From the human T2T-CHM13v2.0 reference genome, Homo sapiens: 64,000 nt of DNA. The stretch lies in NCBI RefSeq assembly GCF_009914755.1, contig NC_060927.1. The stretch is one strand, 5' to 3'. Shown here piece after piece: positions 30,920-47,570 of the stretch; position 1 is the stretch's first letter, and every line of letters begins with the position of its first letter. The position numbers and the translations under genes were made by a program. A model generated the notes under the pieces. It searched no databases and had not been told where the DNA came from. It saw nothing but the letters and a program-made list of their open reading frames with translations.

Positions 30920-33139
30920 CAGAAAACAGATTTCTTATTTTACCTGTTCTTAAGGAGTTATTCCCTTATTTTTTTTCTTTTGATATCTTGAAGATATCAG
31001 AACAAGAACAACAAGAAAACATTTCTTGGCTTCTAATGTAATTTATGAAGAACTTCTTTTAACTGAAGAAATTGAAAGCAAATATTTACTATGTTAGTAG
31101 ATATCCCTGTAAGTTAGAAGCTGTATTTCTGTAGACAGAAGATTTTGTTTCCTGGTATCAGTGTGAGTAATGGATAGGAGCAACTGCATACATGATTCAA
31201 GACACCAGGTTGCTTGTTGGAACCCGCTTGTGACTCTCGGTAAAGCTTTTGTCCAAGGCTTGTGCTATTCCTCAAACACTCTTCATTGCTGTTCCAATGG
31301 TTGACGTGTAGGAGATCCATCATACTCCCTGCTGCCTTTGCTGCTGTGTTTGCTTAAAGCTAACCCCAGGGATCTAATAAGGGAAGGAGGCTGCAGCAGG
31401 GCAGCTTGAAGTTGAAAGATCAAACATTTCTACCTCCCGAGTTAACCATGATCTTGGAACCCGACAAAAGGATAGGGTACCCCAATGATAGGGTGACTTT
31501 AGTGTCCTCACCCTGTATGGGGACTGATTCACAATACTAAGCTCTAATGGAATTGCGCTGTGCCAGTAGCTTTGTGTTTGTAGGGTTCTTTAGGAATTTG
31601 TAATGTCACAGATTGGTTTTACATATTGTAGTCATGTATTTCAATTGTAATTTATTGAGCATACCATAATATGCTCACTGTTTACTTGCTGTGTTAACAT
31701 GTTTGGTACTAAGGGTTTAAAATTTGGAATAATAAGGTTTCCTTAACATTATTGTCATTTTATAATATCATGCAAGCTTTTTAGAAATTTAATAGATTTA
31801 AGCATGGCATTTATGTTTTAAGTTTCCTGGTTTTCTGCTATAGCTTAAATTTTATAAGGACTTTAAAATATACAGATTCATTATAATTTATTTGCAATGA
31901 CAAAGTTTAGACTACTAATCTAAAATTTAAATATTAGTGATCAAGTCTATCTGATAATGTAAAACTTTCTGAACTATTTTCCTATACATTTTTTCCTCCA
32001 TCTTTTTACAATTTATTTTAAGAATAGGGATAATTTTTACCTTTTAGAGGATAAATGATTAGTCATACTGGAACTTGAAAGAATTGGGTGAACTTAGGCT
32101 GCTCCAGAAAGACTTCTCCCTTTTATAAAAGGATTATCCCCGTGTCATATTGAATTCATGAAATCATCTGAATTTTAAAATTTAAGTATGTAGCCTTTGT
32201 AGTCATAAACATGAATGTTCTAACTTCTTAAAGCTTTTGGATACAAAATACACTAATTTTTTTTGAAGTAATGATTTTAGAAGGACTTTAAGTCCTTCAT
32301 AGACATTTGTACTATGAGTTTTACAAATCCACATTTTCCTCTAATAAGGGATTATAAAAGGATTAAAAGTCTTGGCTGGAGATTATGATTTACATAGGCA
32401 ATATATAGCAATATTATTTCCTGAATTGAGGGAGTAGGTGGGGAAAGATTAATTGTTGTTATTGTTAAATAGACTTGAATAATAAGTTGTGATTCATACA
32501 CAGATGGTTCTTATAAATTTACACTGATGTTGGATGGATTTGATGGATACAGGCCTGCATGAGCAGTCAGAGTAGAGATTTTAATATTCTTTTACTCTCA
32601 TAGACTATAGTTTAAAGATGGCCTAATTGTCTGTTACTAGTAGATGCATGTAAGTCTTTGCACCATATATTTTTTTGTATGAAGCAAAAATATATTTGCT
32701 TTTTTAAATATATAGTTTCAATATTTTTGCAAAAATAATTATATAGCTATCTTACCTACATTTGTTTGTAAAATTAAGTTACATCATGAAATAGTAAAAA
32801 CTTTTATAATGCTTTTTGATAAATGCATTATAAAGATAACATCTAGCTAAAATTCATTTTCATTGAACTAGGAATAATTTGGAAAGGTATTTTAACCTTT
32901 TTAGGTGTACAAGTCATTATGAACACAACAAGAATTAAATATGAAATTTTAAGCACCTGCATTTCACCCAGAATATAGGTGAGTAATCTAAGAAAGTGAC
33001 ATGAGTTACCATGAGATAAGGAGGAGATTGGTTAATATTAGTCTTTTGAGTATAATAGCATTGTATTTGCATATAATCATTTTAATAATTTTTGTTTAAT
33101 GTGCATTGATAATTTAAAACATGAAACTGCTTTTGCACT

Positions 33140-33590
33140 TTTCTCATATGCCAATTTGTTGTTTTTTTTTCCAAAGGATTAAGGGCCTAAAGGAATAGAG
33201 GAAGTGAATGGACACTGATGTTTCAAAATATCTCATTTTGCCTAAAAGCAAGTACCGGCAGATAAATGCCCATAAAGGGATTTCTTTCTTAAGCCCCGTG
33301 GATTTTTTCCCCGCACAACTTTTTGTGTGAGTTAGAAATGAAAACCATTCATCTAGTGCCCCAAAGAACGGCCTTATTGAATGGAATAACAGTGTAATGT
33401 ACCATTGAAGGCAGGATTGAAAGTGATTATCTTGTTAACTCTTGACAGTTACCGCCAGCTTGAAATGGAACCGGCAGGCTTGATTTGCAAATGAATTAGA
33501 GCTTTTTCATTTTGTGCCAGGATCATCTTTTTATATTCTGATATGACAGATGCTATGTTCCAGGCTTTTGTTTTTCTTCCGATTTATACT
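33140..33590. promoter_or_regulatory. Putative highly conserved non-coding element / enhancer
   Basis: Repeat-free, more GC-balanced block that retains many CpGs (accggc, cccgtg, cccgca, acggcc, accgcc, accggc) in an AT-rich, CpG-depleted intron. Motifs GAGGAAGTGAA and ATTTGCAAAT. RSRC1 introns are known to carry ultraconserved elements. Conservation itself cannot be seen from one sequence. Confidence 0.55.
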
Positions 33591-33869
33591 TGCAAATAAA
33601 AAACAAAAGATTATTATAGTCATTTTATTTGCATCTTTTCTTTTGGAGTTTATTCTTTGTGTAGAAGTTTTTAATCTTATGTTTTTCAAAAAAATTTTTA
33701 ATACTAGTATTGTTTTTTCCAGAATTAAATTTGATTAATTTAAGTACAGTAGTAACTGGGGGAAAAGGAAGATTATATGGGCTTTCAAGAAATAGAAAAT
33801 AGTTGCAAAACAGAATATTATAGTTAGTAAAAACTGAAACTTTTGGCTAAATTTAATAGCTTTTATTTC

Positions 33870-34135
33870 CCTTGATAACTATTGATGTAAATTCAAACTC
33901 TGGAGATGTTTGAAGAACAGTACAAGAAACTCCCATATACCCTTTACATAGATTTATCAGTTATTTACATTTTCTACCCATTTATTTTATTATCCTTTCC
34001 TCCCTCTCCTCATCCAACTGTTATAAATGTGTTTTTTCTGAACTAAAGGAGAATATATTGGAAACATTGTTCCCCTTTACTAAAAAATGGTATATATAAG
34101 AATAAAAGCATTGTCTTATATAACTATGAGTACTA
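33870..34135 (-). mobile_element. L1MC4/5-like 3' fragment
   Basis: aacagtacaagaaactcccatataccctttacatagatt..tttacattt resembles the antisense L1MC 3' end. Confidence 0.55.
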
Positions 34136-35495
34136 GCTTTTGAGAGGTTAAAAAAAAGAACCTGTTTTTGTGTTTTTATCTTCTGATATTAGTGGAAATT
34201 AATTTGCAGGTTTTAATCCCCTCTGTCATTATGCTTCTATTTATATTCAGGAATCATCTCAATGACGTATAGCAATTTCAATGCATTGTTAATGTATAAC
34301 TTATAAACCTGGAACTTCGTTTTATTAGTTCAGATAGTTTTTATTGTTGGAGGGTTAATATAGTTAAAACTTGCATATTCCATTTAGTATTAAATGTTCA
34401 AGGTAGTAAACATACCTGGCCCTAGTCTAAGTCATACACATTTTCCATTCATAAAGGTCTTTACACATACATATACACACACAGATTCATCTTCTTGTGG
34501 AAATAAGCTAAATATCTTTTATTTGTTATTTATGGATTCAAAATGTAAGGTCCTGTAAGTCTATTTTCTTTTTTCTTGTAAACAGTCATATTTTCTTCTG
34601 TTGTATAAATCTTAATAAAATATGGAACTCACGGATAAATTATCCCCCATTCTATCGCAATGGCTTTTCAGTATGAATGTTAGCACCGAGGCCTATTTCC
34701 TGTAATACGAAGTCTAGCCATTCAGAACATGTATTATATTGATATGATATATTGAGAACCTTTATGAAAATGTCAGTGTGTTTATAAGGTCTGATTAATT
34801 GGATTGGTAAGCATCCCCATACTGAATAAGTATTACCCTAAGTCTACTTTCTTTGAGTTAAAACATGATAATAATCTTGGAGGGAAAATATGTAGAACCA
34901 GTTGAGAAGTAAGCAGGGACATTTCTTAATATTCAATCTTTGGATTCCATTCATTCTCTCTCCCTCTGTCTTTCTCTCACTCTTACTCTCTCAGGCTCTC
35001 TTTCTCATCGTAGTTGCTTGAGTCATGTTTGCTAACTGTATCTTTGTGAAATGTATAGTTGTTTTTACAGTGTAACACTACACAGATTTAAGTGTTAAAA
35101 ATTTTATCATAAACATGGTAATGACCCTATAAAATAACTTAAAACTGAAACATTCAGAATGCTTCCTCAGTGTTGCCCATTTGGAAACCGAAGCCATTTG
35201 GCATTGTTTATGTATTTTAAGAATTCTGTTTATGTATTCTTTAATAGATAAAGAGTATCCATATAATGAATGAGATTTAAACAGTGTTTTTAATGTTTAG
35301 AAATATGAATTTTAGGGGTATGCTGAAGTGCTGAGAACATGTTTGGGATTTCATATAACCTGTTCTATAAAAATTCAATGCCTGTAAAACTGATTATTCA
35401 ACATTATGCTAAATTATCTTTAATTAATGAAGAAAAAGCCATTTTTCTCCAGTGTACTGGAATGTTTCTTTCTGATTTTGCCAAGGTTAGTCTTT

Positions 35496-37581
35496 TTTTT
35501 TTTTCTTTTTAGTTTAATAGACATTTATTCCTTTAGTTGAACAACCTCTACACAATCAAAATGTATGACTTAGGATCTTTTCTTTTTTTTAAGAAGAAAT
35601 TTAGGTCTCAGGAACTTTTATGAACTTGCTATGAGTACTTTCTGGAAATCAATTAACTAAGCCTTTTGAAACCCCTAGAGAAGATAGGAGAAAATCGGTT
35701 CAGAGAAGCAAGCATTTAAATTAAGTCAGCAAAGTCAGAATTGAGAATTGGACAATTCCTTGTCTACATTTCCTTTACACTCAAACTCAACCTGGAAAAC
35801 AGTAGCCTAGTCTCCTGGAAGCCGTGATGGAAACAGAAATGCAATGTGGTGGTATACTTTCACTGAAAGTGGACACACAAGTGATGGCCCAACTTTGTGG
35901 AATGGTAAGGATTTTTAGGGTAGTTTGGCCAGGAACAAGAGAAATAACTGCAGAAAACACATATGGTTGCAAACCATGCACTTGTATGACTTTTTCTGTA
36001 GCCTATGGGAATACACACAGTGGGTAACCCAAGATGTTTTTAAAACTGAATAGACTAAGAATGATGTACTTACAGTCAACTACTTCCCACCCCCCAGCAA
36101 TGTGACTGAAGGGTTTCATAATGATCACAAATTAGTGTTATTGTTACGTATTTTAAGATTGACTTCTAAGCTCACACTTGAAAGGTATTTATCTAATAGC
36201 CACTGGCTCACCAGCTTCCCACCCTAGCATATTGATTGCTAGCTTACCAACCTTAAGGCTAATAATTTTATCTAACATTCAATTTCAAAACATACCAGTG
36301 TTAATACCACTACCATTAACCATTGAATGCCATGAAGCCATGGCACTGAACCAGGAGCTTTCACCTTTTATGTGAACTTAAAATGGTACTGTGGAGACAG
36401 AGGCAGTTTTCCTCAGGCTAACCCAGATTTGTCCCCATAATTTTCTAAATATAATCATGACATAGTTAAGATGTCCTCCTCCCACCCTACAATTTTTAAA
36501 GCGAAGCCCAATTTAAAAAGTCTGTACCTGCCAAAATGAAAAACCCAGCTACTTGAAAGTAAACCAGCAGAGCATTGCCATCATCCCAGTAAAGCTGCAG
36601 GTTTCATCACATGCACCAGACAAATCTACAGAGCTAGTTTCAGTACTCCTCTTTTAAAGAATTTATTTTAAACCTATTATACTACACAGTATGTCTTATA
36701 TACTGACATATAATTCCCTAATAAGATAAAGCAAAGATAAAAAAGTTTATCCTATTAGAAACAAGACACACCATCACTTATTGTCTTCAAACATTATTGC
36801 ACTTCAACTTTCTTAATTTGATATTCATGAAATAATCTGCAGACTAGTTTTAACAGACAAATAACACCTGTAAGCAGACATGACTGCCCTAAATAGTTTA
36901 TTAGGTATGAATTTTACAAACTTTACCTATATTAGTGATAACAGTGGAGCTGGAGAGTATTGCGCCTTCTCCAAGCTGCCTGGCTAGAACCACTAATTGT
37001 GTGGTGGAACTTATGGCCCTTTCAAAGGCCACGGCTCTTTTGGCCTGCAGATGTGAGCCCACACATTTCCCTGTGCTTGTGGACTGGTTCGGTGATCCAT
37101 GGGTGTCAGGATTTCTTCTGATAGTATTATGGAATGGATTAATGAGGATAGCCTCAAAAAATTTCTATGTGTGATCTTCACCAACCCAGTAAGAATTCAG
37201 GACTCTTAGAGCCCCACAGTGGCGTCCAGCTCACTCCTCTGCAACGGACTGAAGCTGTGAGCAAACTTTAACTGGTTAACACCATGATGGACAGGCTTGC
37301 CATATGTTGCACCCTTAGGAACTGGGCATTTTCGGCCACCATGGCGAATACGAATCCTATATATAATGTAACCTTTCTTGGCCTTGCAGCCCAGTCTGCA
37401 CAATTTATCAGGCCAGATGGGGTGGGGAGCCCTGTGGAGAGCAGAGAGCTGGCGGTACTGCCAGCAGCAGACCCTCAGAAGAAAGCGCATGATGACATCA
37501 GGCTGCTTTCTCCATAGCTCCTGGATGTGCTTGTATGCACCCATCTTGGCTTACTTGATGGCTGCCGCCAGACAGAAAGGC
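35496..37581 (-). pseudogene. RPL15P6: RPL15 processed pseudogene (5' TOP leader, frameshifted CDS remnant 37544-36932, ~1.4 kb 3'UTR, poly(A)); locus number from recall
   Basis: The [60 protein letters not shown] is the RPL15 N-terminus. It is intronless, with a frameshift near 37250 and a C-terminal TLQLH..* ending at 36932. Poly(T) at ~35493-35510. TSD gccaaggttag[t/c]cttt at 35480-35495 and 37582-37597. Confidence 0.95.
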
Positions 37582-38100
37582 GCCAAGGTTAGCCTTTAGA
37601 TAGAATAATTAACATTTGTCTTTTTTTCATGTTACCCCTCTTTTCTCAAACTCTCAGTTTATAAAGAGTTGAATTGATGTTGTGGAAGACAAAATTTGTC
37701 TCCTTCAGTATTTGTCTTATTGGTCCTATACTTTATTTATTTTTTTAAATAATCATTTTCTTTAGTTTTTCGACCAGTATTTTTATTACCTAAAATTAAT
37801 ACAATATTACCTTTTTTGATAGCAGACTAAAAGCAGATGGAAGAAGTTGATGATGTTCTCAACTTTTAGATTTAGCTCTCCTTGTATTTTGTTGCATGTT
37901 ATTTCTTAACTTATATCTGTCATTTGGATTTTGAAATGCTATCAATATTTATCTTAGTGATTGTCATGCAAATATCAAAATGAGAAGAATACAACACATC
38001 TCTTTTTGCCTCTGGCTTCCTATCCCCCCATTTCCTAAAGTCAAAATAACCTCATATGGATATATAGTTTGAACACAATTAGAATTTAAATGATTTAGAC

Positions 38101-40630
38101 CAGAGATCAGTAAACTTTTTCAGCAAAGGGCTAAACAGTATATATATATTTAGGTTTTGTGGGCTAAGAGGCAAAATTGAAGGTATCCTGTAAACATAAA
38201 TCTATAACAAGAGAGAAAATATATGTCCACAGTTTTTGGACAAAATTCAAAGTATAATAATAATTATTGAGCACAACTTTGTGTAATTAAAATGCATGAA
38301 TTTAAAAAATGGAATTCCTTTTGGGGAGCTAGCACTTTACTTGATTAGGGTTCTAAATTAATGTTCATTGTTATCAGAATTGATTACAAACATTTATCTT
38401 TTAATGCTGATCTGTAATGAGATTTTAAACATTTCATCTTTGAAAATGTCTTCACACAGATAGGTATTGCCAAATTTGATTGCAATCTATGATCATATTC
38501 ATTGCTTGAAAGGCATTTATAAAATTCTGTTAGATTCTTTTCTTGATTTTTGTCTTTTAGTTATTATACTGCAGATTAATCACTTCCAATTGAAGTAGAA
38601 GCTCCTCAATTGTGCAGTTAAGTGGACTTGTGAATATGGAAATTTTCTTTACACTTGCATTAAAGGCAGAAAAATACTGCTGGAAGTGTAATTTGAGGTC
38701 AAAAAACATACTCCTTGAAATGTGTGTTGGAATGAATATCTTCTTTAACTTTGACAGCATGGGAAGTATATAAAGCAGTTTGACATTACTTTGTGATTCA
38801 AGCAACATCAGTTGTTACTGAAATGGCTTTACTGTTGGATGAATTTTGCATATAAGCACCATTTTGCCTTGTAATTTTAGGTTGAGCTCATTAAAATTTA
38901 TTTTTATTTATTTATTTTTTGTTTTAGAGACAGCATCTCACTCTGTGGCCAGGCTTATATACTGTGGCAGGATCATGGCTCACTGCAGCCTTTGGAACTC
39001 TTGGACTGAAGCAATCCTCTCACTCAGCCCCCACCTAGTAGTTGGGATTATAGGCATGAGCCCCTGTGCCCACCTAAGGAGCATTTTTATGTCTACTGCT
39101 GAAGCAAAAAGTGGTTTAGGATAAAAGTGGTTGAGGGGGTTCTTCTCAGTCAGAAAAATTTCAGTATTGATCCCTAATGTGAAACATCACAATTAGACTT
39201 TACCACTGTTAAGCCATCAAACTGCTGCCATGTGTTGGAATAATCAGGATATTCAGCATCTGTATCTGTCAAAAAAATCATACAACCAACAACGGACAAG
39301 TCCACAAGAGCAAGTGAGGTTCACTGTTGACACTTCTGATTAAATACCACATTTTACATTCAGATGTTTTTACAAAGTTTTTGCTGATGAATAATGCAGG
39401 GAATAACTGTAGGCTTTAAATTTTCGTAGACTTACATTTTCACAAGCTTTGTAGATTTGTCCAACTAAGCCTCTTTCCGCTCTCTGTTGTTAACTACCAT
39501 GATATATAACACATCTTAGCAGATTCCACATCAGGTTGTACTGAATGAGTGTTTTCTCAATTTTGTTGAAAATATTCTCATGTTCTATGCATAATTTTCA
39601 TGGAGGCTAATTCTTAAGTCATTCCACACTCAGCACTGACTCCTCAAATAAACAACTGAGCAGTATCTCTGACATCTGTGGACTCATGAAAAACCAAGCA
39701 AAACCGCTTGGACTCATTTGCCTTATCTCTTCACTGGACATGTTGATGATATTCCCTGTGTCTTCAACAGTTTGAACAACTGTTCTTGCTCAAAGTCTAA
39801 TAGTTTTTAAGCAAGTTTATTTTCTCTGGACACATTTCTTTGACTGCATTCAAACACTAATTAAGTCATCTTTGGTAAATGGCTTTCATTGATTGGTTGA
39901 CAAATACAACACTCAGAAACTCATTTTTATTTTTTTATTTTTGTGAAGAAATTCTGCTGTGATGAGATATTCCATTTTAAATGTTCTATTTTTTTGGACT
40001 ATTGCTTTCCTGTGAGTTGGAAATACTATAAAGAGTGTTCAGTCAAGTATATATTATTTTAAAAAATCAACATATATGCTATTTTTCCAGCACAGCTGTA
40101 GTGCCATTGTATAATAAGCACAATGAATTGCCATTTAATTTGATAAAATAGTCCACACTTCACTGCGCCTTAAAAATGACAGTTGAAGGCTCCTTTTCTA
40201 TTCTTTTCTCATTTTGATATGATTCTTATACACTGGTATTAAAAATTAAATGTCACATTACAGCAATTCATAAGGCCCTTGAAACTGCGTTTAGTTATGC
40301 TATGTTACTGTGATTTTTTGTGTGCCTTGAGCAGCAATGCAACCTAATGAGAGTGCCATCCGTGATTTCTGTTGCAACGCCTCAGCTATTGTTAATCGCA
40401 TTAAAGCAGCCATAGAAATACACAAAAGAATGAGTGTGGCTGTTTCCCAACAAACCTTTATATAGTGACACTAAAATATCAATTTCAGTAATTTTCATGT
40501 GTCAGGAAATGTTATTCTTTTGATTTTTTCCCAGACATTTAAGAATGTAAAAACTGTTTTAACTCATGTTCTGTACAAAAACAGGAAATAGGCTGGATTT
40601 GGCCTATGGGCCGTAGTTTACTGATCCCTG
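38101..40630 (-). mobile_element. Near full-length Cheshire-like hAT DNA transposon (MER58 ends) with a decayed transposase on the - strand
   Basis: Terminal inverted repeats cagagatcagtaaact / agtttactgatccctg with MER58-type subterminal text. TSD-like atttagac / atttgtac. The - strand shows FKAQ*SVDYFIKLNGNSLCLL (~40110-40175) and an ESTDV.DTAQL.FI motif (~39645-39690). Confidence 0.85.
38897..39075 (-). mobile_element. Alu monomer (FRAM-like) inside the hAT element
   Basis: A single diverged Alu arm with a T-rich tail. Confidence 0.8.
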
Positions 40631-41549
40631 ATTTGTACTTTCGGCTCAATAGAATAAGCTAGCGCACTTTTAAATTCTCCATTGGCCTTTAAATATTACT
40701 AATAAAAATTAGGTGAAAACTACCATAAATTGAATATAGGTTATTTTTTATTTTATGCAAGCAGATATAAAACCATTTATTGTGAGAAAGTAATTCCTAG
40801 AAGAATCTTCATTTGTACTGTCACTTTATGTGAACTAGAATAAAACAAAAGTCTTTCTTATATGCAGTGGTATTTCAAGCCTCTAGGACTTCCCCCATGC
40901 CACTTCCTCTTTCCTAGATGTAAGTTGTGCTTATTGAGCTTAGATTCTATTAGGAAGGATTGCAAGTAAATAAATAAATGTAGATTATGTGGAACTATTG
41001 GGTAGCTTATGTAATCAGTGGGACTCTGGGAAACCAGGTTGTGAAAACTGACAGGAAAAGAAGACTGGTCAGCTGGTGTTACTGCCTGTGTATACCATGG
41101 TATCAGTAGAGGTAGTATGCAGGCACTGACCACCAGCGCCTCTGACATTGCTGCCACTGGACTTAAGCTCTGTTGCCACTATCACAGAGAATAATCTTTT
41201 TATTCTTGTCTTTCATTAACTCTTTATTCAAATTTCCTAGTATAATTCATGTCATCCTATATTTGGAATACTTTGGATTCAAAGCTCACCGAATTTGGAA
41301 TGGTATTCAGATTCTGGGTAGCTTAAGAAGTATAACAAATACACCCAAGAAGAAGGCTGTAGCGAGCGAGCATGACAGTGGAATAAAATGAGAGAAGAAT
41401 TCCTTGAGCAATTCTTGTTTTCCTTTGATTCTGTCTTATAGGTCCCTGTATTAACTTCTGAAATATTTTTCATATTACATATTTACTAATTAATTAAACT
41501 ATTAGTAACTAATGATTAGGTACTAATTATATATTTGTGCGTTGGTTTT

Positions 41550-43030
<1,481 letters not shown>

Positions 43031-44399
43031 AAACTGGTTCCAGGCCAAAATTCTATGTGTGACCAATCAGACATACCCATTGGCAATTACAGAGTTTTGC
43101 CTGGCAGGCCTCATGGAAGAAAGCTGCCCTCCTCATACTGGTACACATACTTGGTACACAGCCAGTGCTTTGCAGTTTTCTGGAGGGAGATGCAGCCATA
43201 TCCACCTCCCCACCCCCAGCCCTGTCTGTGCTTATCAAAGAGCTTCATGTGGTAACAAAGCAGGTTTACCTAAGCAAATAATTAAGTTGGGAAATGGATA
43301 TATACATAGAAGCCACATAAAATAATTACTGACAATCAAGTGCCAGACTATTGGGAGTTTTCTATAAGGGCAATGCATTTGACCTTGGTATCCACAGATT
43401 TAATATTCTGTCTATTCAAAGTGATGTGGCCTGTTTTATGTGACAATTTGTAACTTTTGTGTGGCATGACTTAAAGCCTATGTTCTGAGAGGATGCTGTG
43501 AAGGAGTCATGTAACTTAGCCAATGAATAAAGCCTACTAACTGCTCAGCACTGTATCTCACAGTGGCTTTGTTTTTTCTGATGTTAATGTATTGAACAAT
43601 CCTCATCAAAGGTCTGTGTAGTAATGGTGATGTTGACAATAATTAGTAATATTTGCTAAATGCAGTATGCTGAGCACTTTACATGCATTATTGCATTTTC
43701 AACTTGGGACATTTGCAAAGATCTTAGCGCTTACCCATTAAATGTCAGGAAGGACTGTAAGTTTAGAGATTAAGAAATTGTTATGAACATAGTCATGGTG
43801 GGAGTTTAATTGGTTCTTGTACAATAAATATAAGAATTTGCAGATTTTGAGAAGAAGAGAATCTTGTTTTAGGTAGATGAATGGATGAGCAAAATTATGG
43901 AGGTGATAATGAACTGGTTTGAGAAGAGTTACATATTGGCAGAAAATTGTTAGCCAGGTAAGGTAGATTATAAAGCAGGCAATGACAAGAACTTGGGATA
44001 TGAAGACATTGATGTTAGGGAGAAGGTATTGGAGGACTTTTGGTGGTTAGTGATAGGAGCCAAAACTAACATAGACAAAGTGGGGATACATTATTGAAGA
44101 GTTCACCATTTCTGTTTGCCTCGTGCATTGCAAACATAACTGTGTTCATTATCTCTATTTCACATTCTCCATCTCTAAATTGAATTCATCTGTAGCTTGG
44201 ATAATCACATACCAAAATTAGGAAGATTCTATTTGTATTAAATTACGTAGATGGTATAAGGGTGAAAAAAAATGTAGACAAGGTTTTTAAAGTGAACACT
44301 AGAGGTAAAATCATGTACATAAATAATTTATGATTATAGACAACAGGAAAAATGTGAGCTGAATGTAGACCCAGAATAATATACTACTCAATAAAGCTG

Positions 44400-45002
44400 C
44401 TGTGAGGATTTTTTTAAAAATACTTTTTAAATTGGACTAATAATTTTTTTTCATGGAAGACACTTTAGAAAACATATAAACAATTAGAATGAACAAAAAA
44501 AGTACTCATAATCCCACTGTCAAATACTGTTTACTTTTCAGTTTATAACTTTTTAGATAAATGCACATGTACCACACTGTACACATGGATGTATAAAACT
44601 TACCCTCTTACATTTTGTAACATGATTTAAAAAAAAAACTTACTATAGCACAAGACCATTTCGTGAAAATACATAACTATGTCACAATTTTTAATGGTGA
44701 TATCGTTTTCTGTTGTATGGTTATTATATTTTATTTGACAGTTTGCCATTATTGGGCATTTAGTTCTCAGTTTTTTGTATTAAATACAATGGAGTGATTA
44801 ATATTTTGTGAATGTGTCATTGGGATAAACTTAGAGAAGTAGACTGTGAGGCAAGGCTTTACGTGTATTGTTGAGAATGTTGATACGTTCTCCCAATTGC
44901 CCTCCAGAAAACCTGTGTTATTTTCTGCTTCCACTGGCAGTGCATGAGGATACCTGATTCTCAGCACCTTTGCCAACAATGGAAACGTTATCATTTGTTT
45001 TC
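44400..45002 (-). mobile_element. Old L1ME 3' fragment (continues briefly after 47064)
   Basis: attgggcatttagtt..cccaattgccctccagaaa..ccactggcagtgcatgag, typical antisense L1M 3' region. Confidence 0.65.
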
Positions 45003-47114
<2,112 letters not shown>

Positions 47115-47429
47115 TTATAGATCTTTACTGTGCACTATAAAATTTTCCTAACTGTTTAAATGTGTTAGCTATTTGTACATTATTTGTTTTGTGAATATTG
47201 TAAGAATTGAATGAGAATGCAAGTATAAATGACCAGGTTCAGCTAGTGTTTATTTTTACTTAAATCCTCATCGCTTTGCTGCCTCCTCCCTAATCATGTT
47301 TCCAATTAAGGAGTAAAGGAATGTTGTAAAATCTTGTTTTATTCTTGAGGTTATTGTTTTTTAGAGTTGAAAGTAATAAATTCTCCCTTGACTAAAGTTT
47401 GGGAATTTAATTCAAGTTTCTAGCTGAGC

Positions 47430-47570
47430 GGTATAGTGTGATCTACTGAATCTCTCTGATCCTCATTTATCTCATCTATAAAATAGGTATAATAATTACA
47501 TGTCTTTATGATAAAATCATAAGTGTTAAATGAGCAGATTATGTAAAGCACTTGTTACCGTGCCTGGCAA
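47430..47570 (+). mobile_element. MIR
   Basis: MIR core ctctctgatcctcatttatctcatctataaaatagg..atgtaaagcactt. Confidence 0.7.

Noticed and set aside
37206-37544. 112-aa ORF as functional RPL15
   Set aside because: Frameshifted, many substitutions, intronless with poly(A) and TSD: a processed pseudogene.
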